A DNA stretch of 64,000 bases from an uncultured Gemmatimonadales bacterium (lineage in GTDB: Bacteria > Gemmatimonadota > Gemmatimonadetes > Gemmatimonadales > Gemmatimonadaceae), in contig OY969695.1 of NCBI GenBank assembly GCA_963701965.1, forward strand, positions 1,376,001 to 1,440,000. Direction: 5' to 3'. A program made the translations under genes and the position numbers. Below, one piece after another: positions 1 through 8,968 of the stretch. Numbering within the stretch: position 1 is the first letter of the stretch; each line of letters opens with the position of its first letter. The notes beneath the pieces were generated by a model. That model saw only the letters and a program-made list of their open reading frames with translations, was not told where the DNA came from and did no database searches.

Positions 1-251
1 GCGGACGATGTCACGGCGCCAGCCGTGATCGTATACGATCCGGGCATGAGACCGGTCAGTGTTTTCGAGACCCCGAGCTTCTGCAGATAGCCCGCCGGAC
101 CGATGACGGTCACCGTGTCCACGACACCACTCGGAGCCGTCACCGACACCTCGAGGCTTCCGGTGCTCGGGCTGGTCGCGCTGGAACACGCGAAAACGGC
201 GAGGACGACGAGGACCGACAGGGCAGCCGGAACGCGAGTCGCGAATGACAC
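1..251 (-). CDS. Lipoprotein, N-terminal part (runs off window); paralog of 1308-2614
   Basis: Manual translation from GTG at 251 with GGAG SD: MSFATRVPAALSVLVVLAVFAC-SSATSPSTGSLEVSVTAPSGVVDTVTVIGPAGY...LMPGSYTITA; lipobox-like VFAC; aligns by eye with ORF 2210-2614. Confidence 0.7.
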   Translation of the reverse strand, partial: MSFATRVPAALSVLVVLAVFACSSATSPSTGSLEVSVTAPSGVVDTVTVIGPAGYLQKLGVSKTLTGLMPGSYTITAGAVTSS

Positions 252-362
252 AGACGATCTCCGAGGGCGTTGAGAGCGGGCAAATATGTCGCTCCCCGCA
301 ACGAAGCCGCCAGCCCTTTTGTCGTACCGCGTGAGCGCGCGATTCGCTAGGTTGTTTGGCCT

Positions 363-1206
363 ATGCTTGCTCTGGTGCTTTGCGTCGTCGCCTGCACGGA
401 TTCCGTGACGCTGCCGCACCTGGAGACAGTGTCCGGCTGCGCCACGTTTGACATTGCGCTCGGCGGTTCGCGGGTGTCCGTGACGCCTGTTACGACCCCG
501 TCTTGCGGGCCCGTGACACCGATTGTTACTCGCGCGATCCGGTCGAACCCAGTCTCTGGAACGCTTCAACTGACGATTGCGGTGCGGAACCTGGGTCGGC
601 TGCGAATTCACCCGCCAGTCGCTGTTTCGTTCCAGACGGATAGCACGACCGTCGGCGGTGCTTCGCCAACTTCCCGCGTCCATTTTCACATCCCTCTGCC
701 AGAACGCGGGGATACCGCGACCGGCCGTGCAGCGCGTCTGATGCTTGACCGCGAGATCCTGGCGGTAGGCGATACATTGCCGGCGCGCGCTCATGATGGC
801 CATCCCCACGTCGGCAACCAACGTTCGCGTCACGATCCACGCGCAAGGCATTGACGTCTTCACAGTGCCGCGCGACGCGCCGCGCTCCACTTCTGAATCG
901 GTGATACGAGAGGGTCGAGATTCCTCATTTCTCATAGGCCGGCCCGGGTCGCGTATCGCCCGCGACAAGGTCTTCGTAAGATTTGTGCGTGATGCCTCGC
1001 TCGAGGATCGACAAGCAGCGATCGAATCGGTCAGTAGTACGGTCATCGGTGGGGGTTTCGGCGAATACTATATCCGTATCCCGGTGCCGCCCGGCGATCG
1101 CACCACCGCGGCTGTCACACACTCCATCCGGACGCTGAGGACGCAACCGGGAGTGGCCGCCGCCAACATCGACATGCCCGATGGCCCGATGCCCAACGGG
1201 CGATAG
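363..1206 (+). CDS. Putative lipoprotein (frameshift near 790); C-terminus resembles a subtilase propeptide/I9-like domain
   Basis: ORFs 363-854 and 793-1206 join in one frameshift; lipobox-like VVAC; C-terminal DKVFVRF...RQAAIESV...YYIRIP...LRTQPGVAAA pattern. Confidence 0.45.
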
Positions 1207-1307
1207 AGCCTAACCGCCGCTCAAGCGGCGCATGATCGACATCAGCTGCGGGGTCGGGATACCCTCGGCCTATTGCAGGGGGATGTTCAGCGGGTGTGGA
1301 CTGAATG

Positions 1308-2614
1308 TCAGGCCGACTCCGAAGAAGCGGGGCTGGGGTTCGTCAGCGAGACCGTGGGTTTCGGCGATCCGCTCGCCGAGAGCTGGGACTTCGAGTTCGC
1401 CGACATAGGCATTGTTAAGGTCGATGAACCAGAGATCGCCGCTATTATCGAAGGCGACGGCTCGGGAGCGGCGGAAACGCGCCCGCCGGAAGCATCAACG
1501 TCACGGCGGGCGCGGGGGTGCCACTCGACGTCAAGGAGGCTGACTAAATTCCAGGAGGCGGCCTGGGGCGGTGGAACCGTCGAATCGGGCTTGAGGAAGG
1601 AGTTCGGATCGGCGACCCAAAGATTGCCATTGGGGTCGAACGCCATTCCAGATATGTCAAACGAGCCCGATAACGTGACGGCGGGCGAGGGGTTGCCGGT
1701 GCGCGCGAGCTGACCCGACTGTATGAACGGATTTCGTTGTTCGCGTTGCCCACCCAGAGATTGCCTTGCCCATCGAACGTCAGCCCGATCGGACGAAGCG
1801 GAGGAGACGGCGTTCAGGCTATCGCCGAGCATGACGGCCGGGGTCGGCGACCCGCTCGCCGTGAGCTGTGCCGGCGTGAGCTCGACGACGCGGCCGACAT
1901 TGACTTCGCCCACCCAGAGATTGCCTTGCGCATCGAACGCCAACGAGTAAGCGGATGTAAGGCCGGCCCCTGTCAGCGTTACGGCCGGCGTGGGCGTGCC
2001 ACTCGCCGCGATCGAAGCCGGCGTGTACTCGACGACACTGTTCGAAATATCGTTCGCGACCCAGAGATTCCCATTCTTGTCGACGGCCACATCGCTGGCG
2101 TCGATATCCCCGCCCGGCGTCTCGGGAAAGTGGAGTTGCACGGAAGGCGTGGATGTGGACTGCCTGAGCTGGGTGTAGTGGTAAGACAGCGCGCCATTCG
2201 CCAAGTATGCTAGCCGCCATTGCTGGCCCCGACGACCCAGAGCGCGCCACTGCCGGGACGGAGGCTCACGTTGACCGTGACAGTCGCCTGGCCCCCGGCG
2301 ACGATCTGCGCGGGGCTTCCCGAAACGGAAGAAACGAAGACCGTATCGACGATGGGACTGGACTGTGCTGGTGGGGACACGACGGCCGTGACCGTGTACG
2401 TGCCCGGCACGAGCTGGGTGTAGGCCAGGGTCTGCGTCAGTGTCCGGGTGAAGCCCTGGGGTCCCTTGAGCGTCGCGGTGACCGTCACGCCGGACGGCGC
2501 GTTGATGGCGACTTTGATGGTTGCGGCTGGGGGACTCGTGGAACTAGAGCAGCTAACCGCCCCAGCGAGCCAGATCAGACCCGAGAGCGTGAGACATCGA
2601 CGAGCGAACGACAA
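1308..2614 (-). pseudogene. NHL/beta-propeller-like repeat lipoprotein, frameshifted (pseudogene or sequencing errors)
   Basis: TTG start at 2614 with GGAGG SD, lipobox AVSC; repeated xxAFD.xGNLWV / ASGSPTPAVTL units; frame breaks near 2205 and about 1720-1800. Confidence 0.65.
1748..1939. repeat. 32-bp near-perfect direct repeat (1748-1779 and 1908-1939) encoding the FD.QGNLWVG repeat unit
   Basis: gcccacccagagattgccttgc(c/g)catcgaacg twice; 160-bp offset is not a multiple of 3, so an indel lies between them. Confidence 0.85.
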
Positions 2615-2792
2615 CTGCAGCCTCCGGCATATTCCCGTGGAGAAGCAAATATGCCGGCGGTCTCAGCAGGTAAACAAGAGGAATACTCGCATTGATGTCG
2701 GCCGTGGCCATTGTTAAGTATTTGGTACACAACGACATAGCCCGATGAATGACAGTACGAGATCGCAGATCGCATTGTCGGAGCGAGCGCCG

Positions 2793-2843
2793 TGTAAAGA
2801 GAAATATCTTTGTCTTTACAGCGTATAAAGCAAATGTTATTTT
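2793..2843 (+). promoter_or_regulatory. Sigma70-like promoter of hipBA with overlapping palindromic operator
   Basis: -35 TTTACA (2815-2820), 17-bp spacer, TG-extended -10 TATTTT (2838-2843); inverted repeat TGTAAAGA-N12-TCTTTACA (2793-2820). Confidence 0.7.
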
Positions 2844-2848
2844 CTATT

Positions 2849-3181
2849 ATGCCTCGAGTCTCTCCCCCGCTACCACTGCCGGTTCGCCGTGTGCTCCCAC
2901 GGCTCGGCGCTGACATCCGCGATGCGCGCCGGCGCCGTCGGCTGCCAACGGCTGTGCTTGCCAACCGGGCGGGAATCACGATGCCGACACTGCGACGAGT
3001 CGAGCGCGGCGATCCGTCGGTGTCGCTCGGGATCTACGCCACCGTCTTGTTCGTGCTCGGCCTGTTGCCCAAGCTTGCCTCAGTCGCCGCCGTCGAGGGC
3101 GACGCCGTCGGCCTCGCGCTCGACGCGGAGCATTGACCGCAACGGATTCGCCGCCGGCGATCGTCGGGGAGTGAAGAGTGA
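2849..3181 (+). CDS. XRE/HipB-like HTH antitoxin (in-frame TGA at 3134-3136)
   Basis: LGADIRDARRRRRL...LANRAGIT..TLRRVERGDPSVSLGIYATVLFVLG HTH; the frame continues past TGA to a stop overlapping the hipA GTG. Confidence 0.85.
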
Positions 3182-4464
3182 GTCCGCCTACAGCGTTCGT
3201 GTACGTCGACCTGTACAGCGTCGCACATTGCGTCGGACGGCTCTGGGCGATCGGCGGTCGCACTCGGGAGGAGGGAGCGACGTTCGAGTACGACGTCGAG
3301 TGGCTCAATCGACCGGAACGCTTCGCATTGGAGCCGGCACTCCCGCTTGGACCGGGTCCGTTTCATACCGTGAATGGCCGATCATTGTTCGGCGCTCTGG
3401 GTGATTCGGCGCCCGATCGATGGGGGCGCTCGCTCATTGCGCGCGCGGAAAGACGTCGAGCGGCGGCCGAAGCACGTCAGGTCCGAACGCTCAGGGAGAT
3501 CGACTACCTCCTTGGCGTGTCCGACGTCACACGGCAAGGGGCGCTGCGGTTCACGCACGCCGCTGATGGGCCGTTCGTATCCGACGGCCATGAGACAGTG
3601 CCGCCACTCATTGCGCTCCCGAAGCTGCTCGCGGCAGCCCAGCACGTCGAAGCGGATGACGAGAGCGATGAGGATCTCCGGTTGCTGCTCGCTCCGGGGT
3701 CATCGCTCGGTGGCGCGCGACCCAAGGCGTCGGTGCGGGATCGTGACGACCGCCTCTCCATTGCGAAGTTTCCGTCCCGCGCCGACGATCGGAATGTCGT
3801 GCGCTGGGAGGCAGTGGCGCTGACGCTGGCCCATCGCGCCGGGATCCAGGTGCCGGCTTTTCGCGTTGAGGAGATCGCCGGACGGGATGTGCTGCTGGTG
3901 CGGCGGTTCGATCGGGTAAGGCCGGATCGCCATCCGGGAGCAGCCGTCGAACATCGAATCCCATTCCTCTCGGCAATGAGCATGCTCAATGCGGTGGATC
4001 TCGAGACGCATAGCTATCTCGAGATAGCGGACGTATTGCGACAATACGGCGCCGATACGGCGAGCGATTTGGCTGGGCTCTGGCGGCGCGTCGTGTTCAA
4101 CGTGTTGATCTCGAACACAGACGATCACTTGCGCAACCACGGCTTTCTGTATGTGGGCACCGACGGGTGGCGGTTGGCGCCGGCCTACGACCTTAATCCG
4201 GTGCCGATCGATATCAAGCCGAGGATTTTGGCTACAACCATCATGGCGGATGGGGATGCGACGGCGTCCCTTGATCTCGCACTAGAGGTGGCAAAGGATT
4301 TCGGGTTGCGTCCGCCCCAAGCGAATGCCATCGTGCGCGAGGTGGGAACCGCCATTCGCGGCTGGCACGACGTTGCGTTCGGCCTCGCGCTCACGCCGGC
4401 GGAGTGCGATCGCATGGCGAGCGCGTTCGAGCACGATGACGCGGCGGTGGCGCTCCGCGCGTAA
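3178..4464 (+). CDS. hipA: HipA-family kinase toxin (type II TA)
   Basis: HipA N-terminal couple domain (ALGDSAPDRWGR), SSLGGARPKASV loop, RRFDR, NTDDHLRNHGFL, LAPAYDLNP. Confidence 0.93.
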   Translation: MSPPTAFVYVDLYSVAHCVGRLWAIGGRTREEGATFEYDVEWLNRPERFALEPALPLGPGPFHTVNGRSLFGALGDSAPDRWGRSLIARAERRRAAAEARQVRTLREIDYLLGVSDVTRQGALRFTHAADGPFVSDGHETVPPLIALPKLLAAAQHVEADDESDEDLRLLLAPGSSLGGARPKASVRDRDDRLSIAKFPSRADDRNVVRWEAVALTLAHRAGIQVPAFRVEEIAGRDVLLVRRFDRVRPDRHPGAAVEHRIPFLSAMSMLNAVDLETHSYLEIADVLRQYGADTASDLAGLWRRVVFNVLISNTDDHLRNHGFLYVGTDGWRLAPAYDLNPVPIDIKPRILATTIMADGDATASLDLALEVAKDFGLRPPQANAIVREVGTAIRGWHDVAFGLALTPAECDRMASAFEHDDAAVALRA

Positions 4465-5269
4465 GAGCATGGCGCTTGTCTCAATGATGGTGCGCATCCA
4501 CATCGCCAGCGCTAAGTGACGCTCTCGAGATACAGCGCACGGCATTTATCGTACTACTCCCGGTACTACATGTCCTCAAGCGACTCAAGGAGATTCCGAT
4601 GCGCAATCGCTGCAATCCAGACAGGCATCCGCGCGAACCGTTATGCTCGCTAGGCTTCCAGTGGCAGAGCGTGGCCCGACCGTTCGACCTCGGCCAAGAT
4701 TGAGCGGAAGCCTTGCCGGATTTCTGAGTGTTGTCTTTTGCTGAACGCTTGCATGAGTGCTGGGATATTCACGGTTACGGACGACGGAATACGCCACAAC
4801 TTCTCGTTAAGCGCCTTCCGCGATCAGGCCGAAGCAAGGTTTGGCCCCCCTATTAGCGGCCGTGTTTGGGATTTTGGGTCCGAGCGGCGATCAGCGAGCA
4901 ATCCTCAGGTGCAGGCGTACGAGACGTGTTCTGGCCTGCGCTTCGACACCGCGAGCGACAGACGCACGCCATCAAAAGCGCTCGCTCACGCGAGCGCCCT
5001 GGGTGACCACTTTCACGTTCTCTTGGCGTGCGGACGCAGAATCCGGCAGTCCGCAGAGGCGGAGTAGCTCGATGCTACCCGGTCCTGTGTGTCGGAAGGA
5101 GCTGTTCGACGCGCTTCAGACTCGTAAGAGACGCAGGAATATCCTTGCATCCCCCGAAACTCTACCCACTACAAGCCCGACAAATATGAGTGCAGAAAAA
5201 CGACAGTTATGAACGCCTATGCCCGACAATAACGAATACCAACGAAAAGCTGCCCTCTCACGATGGCGG

Positions 5270-7765
5270 TCAGCCGCACTCCGAGAAACCACAGACGTGG
5301 CACTTCACGCATCCCTCGGCGAACTCGAGGGAGGAGCCGCAGTCGGGACACTGGCCAATGAAGTACTCGCCGGTCGTGTGGCTGGCAAACTGGATCTGCT
5401 CGGCCGAGTGGCCGTTGCCATTGTGGGCCACTGGGACGTTGGGCGCGGGCGCAGCGGGCGTCGCGAGCAGATCCTGCTGGATCCCCTGCTTCTGCCGCCA
5501 CCACTCCTCGAGCGCGATGCCGATCGCGTCCGGCACCGACAGCACCTTGTGTGGTCCGAGACCGATGGCCCGGTCGGACGCGACTCCGCGTAGCTGGCGC
5601 TGGATCTCGGGCAGTGGGATGCCGGAGCGCAACGCTACGGAGATGAGACGCCCCATCGCTTCGGCATCCGCCATGGCCGAACCACCGGCCTTTCCGAGAT
5701 TGATGAACACCTCGAACGGCTGACCGCGGTCGTCCTCGGTGATGTGCACGAACATCGTTCCGAGCGGCGTATCCTTGCGGATCGAGGTCGCCCGCAACAT
5801 GTCCGGCCGCGCGCGCTTCGCCCGCCGTTGCAAATTCTCGGCTTCGCTATCGAACAACGACTTCTTCAACCGCTCGATCTCGGCGTTCAGCTCGGCGATC
5901 GTCCCCTGCAGTTCGCCCACCTCGCGCCGCTCGGCGACCGGCACCGCCGCCGTGCCCTTATCGCGCTCGGCCTTCGCCTTCTCCGTGGCACCCGTCGACA
6001 ACACCTGGCCGTCGCGCGACCCGTCGCGATAGACCGTCACGCCCTTCGCCTTGAGCGCGTACGCCAGCTCGTAGATCGCCCGCACGTCCTCGACCGTCGC
6101 CGTATGCGCGAAGTTCGTGGTCTTGGAGATCGCGCTGTCGCAGTGCTCCTGAAACGCCGCCTGCATGCGCATATGCCACTCGGGCGAGATCGCGTTCGCC
6201 GTCACGAACACGCGCTGCCACTTCTCCGGCACCTCGGGGAACGCGATATGGCCCTCGGTCGCGATCCGCTCCATCAGCGCGTCCGAATACCACCCCTCGC
6301 GCTTGGCGATCGCCACGAAATCCTCGTTCACATCCGGCATCTTGGCGCCCGCCTGATTGCGCATGAACGCCACGGCGAAGAGCGGCTCCAGACCCGACGA
6401 GCAATTCGCGATGATCGAGATCGTCCCGGTCGGCGCGATCGTGGTCACGTTGCAGTTGCGGAGGAGCTGCATCGGACGGATCCGCTTCCCTTCCTGGTCG
6501 CGGGCACACGTCTCGTCCGGACCCCAGATCGACCGCGCCCACTCCGGGAACGCCCCTCGCGCGTGCGCCAAGCGCTCGCTCTCGCGCTTGGACTCGATGT
6601 CGAGAAACGCCATGACCTTGCGGCCGAACTCGACCCCCTCGGGCGAATCGTACGCGATCCCCATCCGGATCAGCGCATCGGCGAATCCCATCAGCCCCAA
6701 CCCGATCCGGCGAATGCGCTTCGAGAGATGGTCGATCTCGGGCAACGGATACTTGTTGACGTCGATGACATTGTCGAGGAAATGCGTCGACAGATGAATG
6801 TCCCGGCGAAACGCATCCCAATCGAGCTTGCCGTCGCGCACGTACTGCCCGACGTTCACGCTGCCCAGGTTGCAGACATCATAGGGAAGCAGCGGCTGCT
6901 CCCCGCACGGATTCGTCGCCTCGTACGACCCGAGATGCGGCACCGGGTTGTACCGGTTCGCTTCATCAATGAAGAAGCACCCCGGCTCCCCGGTGCGCCA
7001 CGCGCCGAGGATCATCTTGTCCCACACCATGTTCGCGTCGAGCTGACCGACGATCGCGCCCGTGCGCGGCTCTTTGAGATTGTAGGTCGACCGCGCCTCG
7101 ACCGCCCGCATGAACTCCGTCGTCACCGCGACCGAGATGTTGAAGTTCACGATCTTCGTGATGTCTTCCTTGCACGTGATGAACTCGAGGATGTCCGGAT
7201 GATCCACCCGGAGAATCCCCATGTTCGCCCCGCGACGCGTGCCACCCTGCTTCACCGCGTCCGTCGACGCATCGTACAGGGTCATGAACGACACCGGGCC
7301 CGATGCCACACCCGTCGTCGACCGCACCATCGCGCCCCTCCCACGCAACCGCGAGAAGCTGAACCCCGTCCCGCCGCCGCTCTGATGAATGAGCGCCATC
7401 GCCGTCAGCGTGTCATAGATGCCGTCGTGGTCGTTCGACAGTGCATCGCTGACCGGCAGAACGAAACACGCCGAGAGCTGCCCCAGCGGACGGCCGGCGT
7501 TCATCAGCGTCGGCGAGTTCGGCTCGAACCAATGCTCCGTCATCAGACGGTAGAACTCCTCGGCCACCCACTCGATCGCCCCATCGCTCGCGCCGTACCG
7601 CCGGTCCCCTTCGGCGATCGTCGTCGCCACGCGCCAGAACATCTCCTCGGGCTTCTCCACCGGCTTGCCCAATGCATCCTTTACCAAATAGCGCTTCTCG
7701 AGGACGGTGCGCGCATTCTGGCTGAACTGGGCAGGGCCGGATGGAGGCGTCGTAGGCAGTGGCAT
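5270..7765 (-). CDS. nrdJ: Class II (adenosylcobalamin-dependent) ribonucleotide reductase with C-terminal TSCPD-like and zinc-ribbon domains
   Basis: [62 protein letters not shown]-terminal CPDC...[13 protein letters not shown]; start set at ATG 7765. Confidence 0.93.
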   Translation of the reverse strand: MPLPTTPPSGPAQFSQNARTVLEKRYLVKDALGKPVEKPEEMFWRVATTIAEGDRRYGASDGAIEWVAEEFYRLMTEHWFEPNSPTLMNAGRPLGQLSACFVLPVSDALSNDHDGIYDTLTAMALIHQSGGGTGFSFSRLRGRGAMVRSTTGVASGPVSFMTLYDASTDAVKQGGTRRGANMGILRVDHPDILEFITCKEDITKIVNFNISVAVTTEFMRAVEARSTYNLKEPRTGAIVGQLDANMVWDKMILGAWRTGEPGCFFIDEANRYNPVPHLGSYEATNPCGEQPLLPYDVCNLGSVNVGQYVRDGKLDWDAFRRDIHLSTHFLDNVIDVNKYPLPEIDHLSKRIRRIGLGLMGFADALIRMGIAYDSPEGVEFGRKVMAFLDIESKRESERLAHARGAFPEWARSIWGPDETCARDQEGKRIRPMQLLRNCNVTTIAPTGTISIIANCSSGLEPLFAVAFMRNQAGAKMPDVNEDFVAIAKREGWYSDALMERIATEGHIAFPEVPEKWQRVFVTANAISPEWHMRMQAAFQEHCDSAISKTTNFAHTATVEDVRAIYELAYALKAKGVTVYRDGSRDGQVLSTGATEKAKAERDKGTAAVPVAERREVGELQGTIAELNAEIERLKKSLFDSEAENLQRRAKRARPDMLRATSIRKDTPLGTMFVHITEDDRGQPFEVFINLGKAGGSAMADAEAMGRLISVALRSGIPLPEIQRQLRGVASDRAIGLGPHKVLSVPDAIGIALEEWWRQKQGIQQDLLATPAAPAPNVPVAHNGNGHSAEQIQFASHTTGEYFIGQCPDCGSSLEFAEGCVKCHVCGFSECG

Positions 7766-8110
7766 TGATGGACTCGGCGTTTCGGGAAGATCGTCAGCGC
7801 GAATGACTGTGGTGAAGGGTGGGGCATTGTACTGCGACTCGTGTCTCCGCACCAGCCCATGGTCAAAGCGTTGAGGAAGCTAGACTTAGAATTCTGACAT
7901 CACAACCGCGATCGATGAGCCGTCTTTTCCACGTTACATCCACGTGGAGTTGCCGTTACATGGGTCCCGGGCCGGGACAACGCGACGTAACAATCAGTAA
8001 TATAACGGTTTAGATATGAAAACAGCGCTGGACACGACCGACGCCTGACGAACTCTGCCTTGAGACGGCAAGAACTGGCTTGCTTCGAGACACGTACCGC
8101 CGAATTGACC

Positions 8111-8959
8111 TTAGGTCCGCCAGGAAGGACCTAACACCCCGGCGACTGCGGCCTCGCTCCACGTCACCAGCTCCCGGGCGAGGCTTTCGTCGTCCGCCAA
8201 GGGGTTCGGCGGCGCCTCGCGACTCTTGTTGTAGTACCGGCCCGAAACCTTGGCCAGCTCCGGCGCCGTCGCGCAATACACCGTCGTTACCGCGCCCTTT
8301 TCGTTCGTGATCATGAACCGCTTCATGATCCACTGGACCGCCGGCGGCAGGTTGCGCCAGATATCCGACTTCACGACTCCCGGATGCAGCGCGTAGGTCG
8401 TCACGCGCGTTCCCGCGAGCCGGCGCGCCAGCTCCTTCGTGTACAAAACGTTCATGAGTTTCGACAACCCGTAGGCCGCGTAGCTGGTCTTGCGGACGCC
8501 GGGTTTCCGAAGCGCGCTCCAGTCGATCCTCTTGGCGTTGAACTGCGCTTGGCTGGCGACGTTCACCACCCGGCTCTGCGGCGCCTCCCGCAACCGCGGC
8601 AGCAGCATCTCGGTCAACACGAACGGCCCCAGATGGTTCGTCCCGAACGTCATCTCGAACCCATCGCGGGTAAGACCCGCTGCGCCGGCGACGCCCGCGT
8701 TGTTGATCAGCACATCGAGTGGTGCCCCCGATGCCAGCACCGTCTGCGCCGCCGCCCGCACCGACGCCAAATCGGCCAGGTCGATCGACAGCAACTCAAT
8801 GGTCGTGGCCGGAAATCGCGCGCGCAGATCGTCCGCGATCGGCGCCATCTTGTCGCGCGAGCGCGCCGCCGCGATGATCCGTCCGCCCCGCGCGGCCAGC
8901 GCTTCCAGCGTCGCGCGGCCGATGCCCGTGTTCGTGCCCGTGATGAGATACGTGGTCAC
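8111..8959 (-). CDS. SDR family oxidoreductase (retinol dehydrogenase-like)
   Basis: TGTNTGIG, NNAG, YGLSK catalytic motif, HPGVV. Confidence 0.9.
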   Translation of the reverse strand: MTTYLITGTNTGIGRATLEALAARGGRIIAAARSRDKMAPIADDLRARFPATTIELLSIDLADLASVRAAAQTVLASGAPLDVLINNAGVAGAAGLTRDGFEMTFGTNHLGPFVLTEMLLPRLREAPQSRVVNVASQAQFNAKRIDWSALRKPGVRKTSYAAYGLSKLMNVLYTKELARRLAGTRVTTYALHPGVVKSDIWRNLPPAVQWIMKRFMITNEKGAVTTVYCATAPELAKVSGRYYNKSREAPPNPLADDESLARELVTWSEAAVAGVLGPSWRT

Positions 8960-8968
8960 AATGGCGTC

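Noticed and set aside
3134..3136. Selenocysteine or alternative genetic code at the in-frame TGA
   Set aside because: The position is not Cys-like, no SECIS hairpin is evident, and TGA is a normal stop throughout the window.
5175..5235. dif/Xer-like site around the GCCCGACAA repeats
   Set aside because: No XerD-like arm at the proper spacing.
7766..8110. Cobalamin riboswitch, NrdR box or canonical promoter before nrdJ
   Set aside because: No B12-box or NrdR consensus recognised; TTGACC and TACAAT are 29 bp apart, too far for a sigma70 pair.
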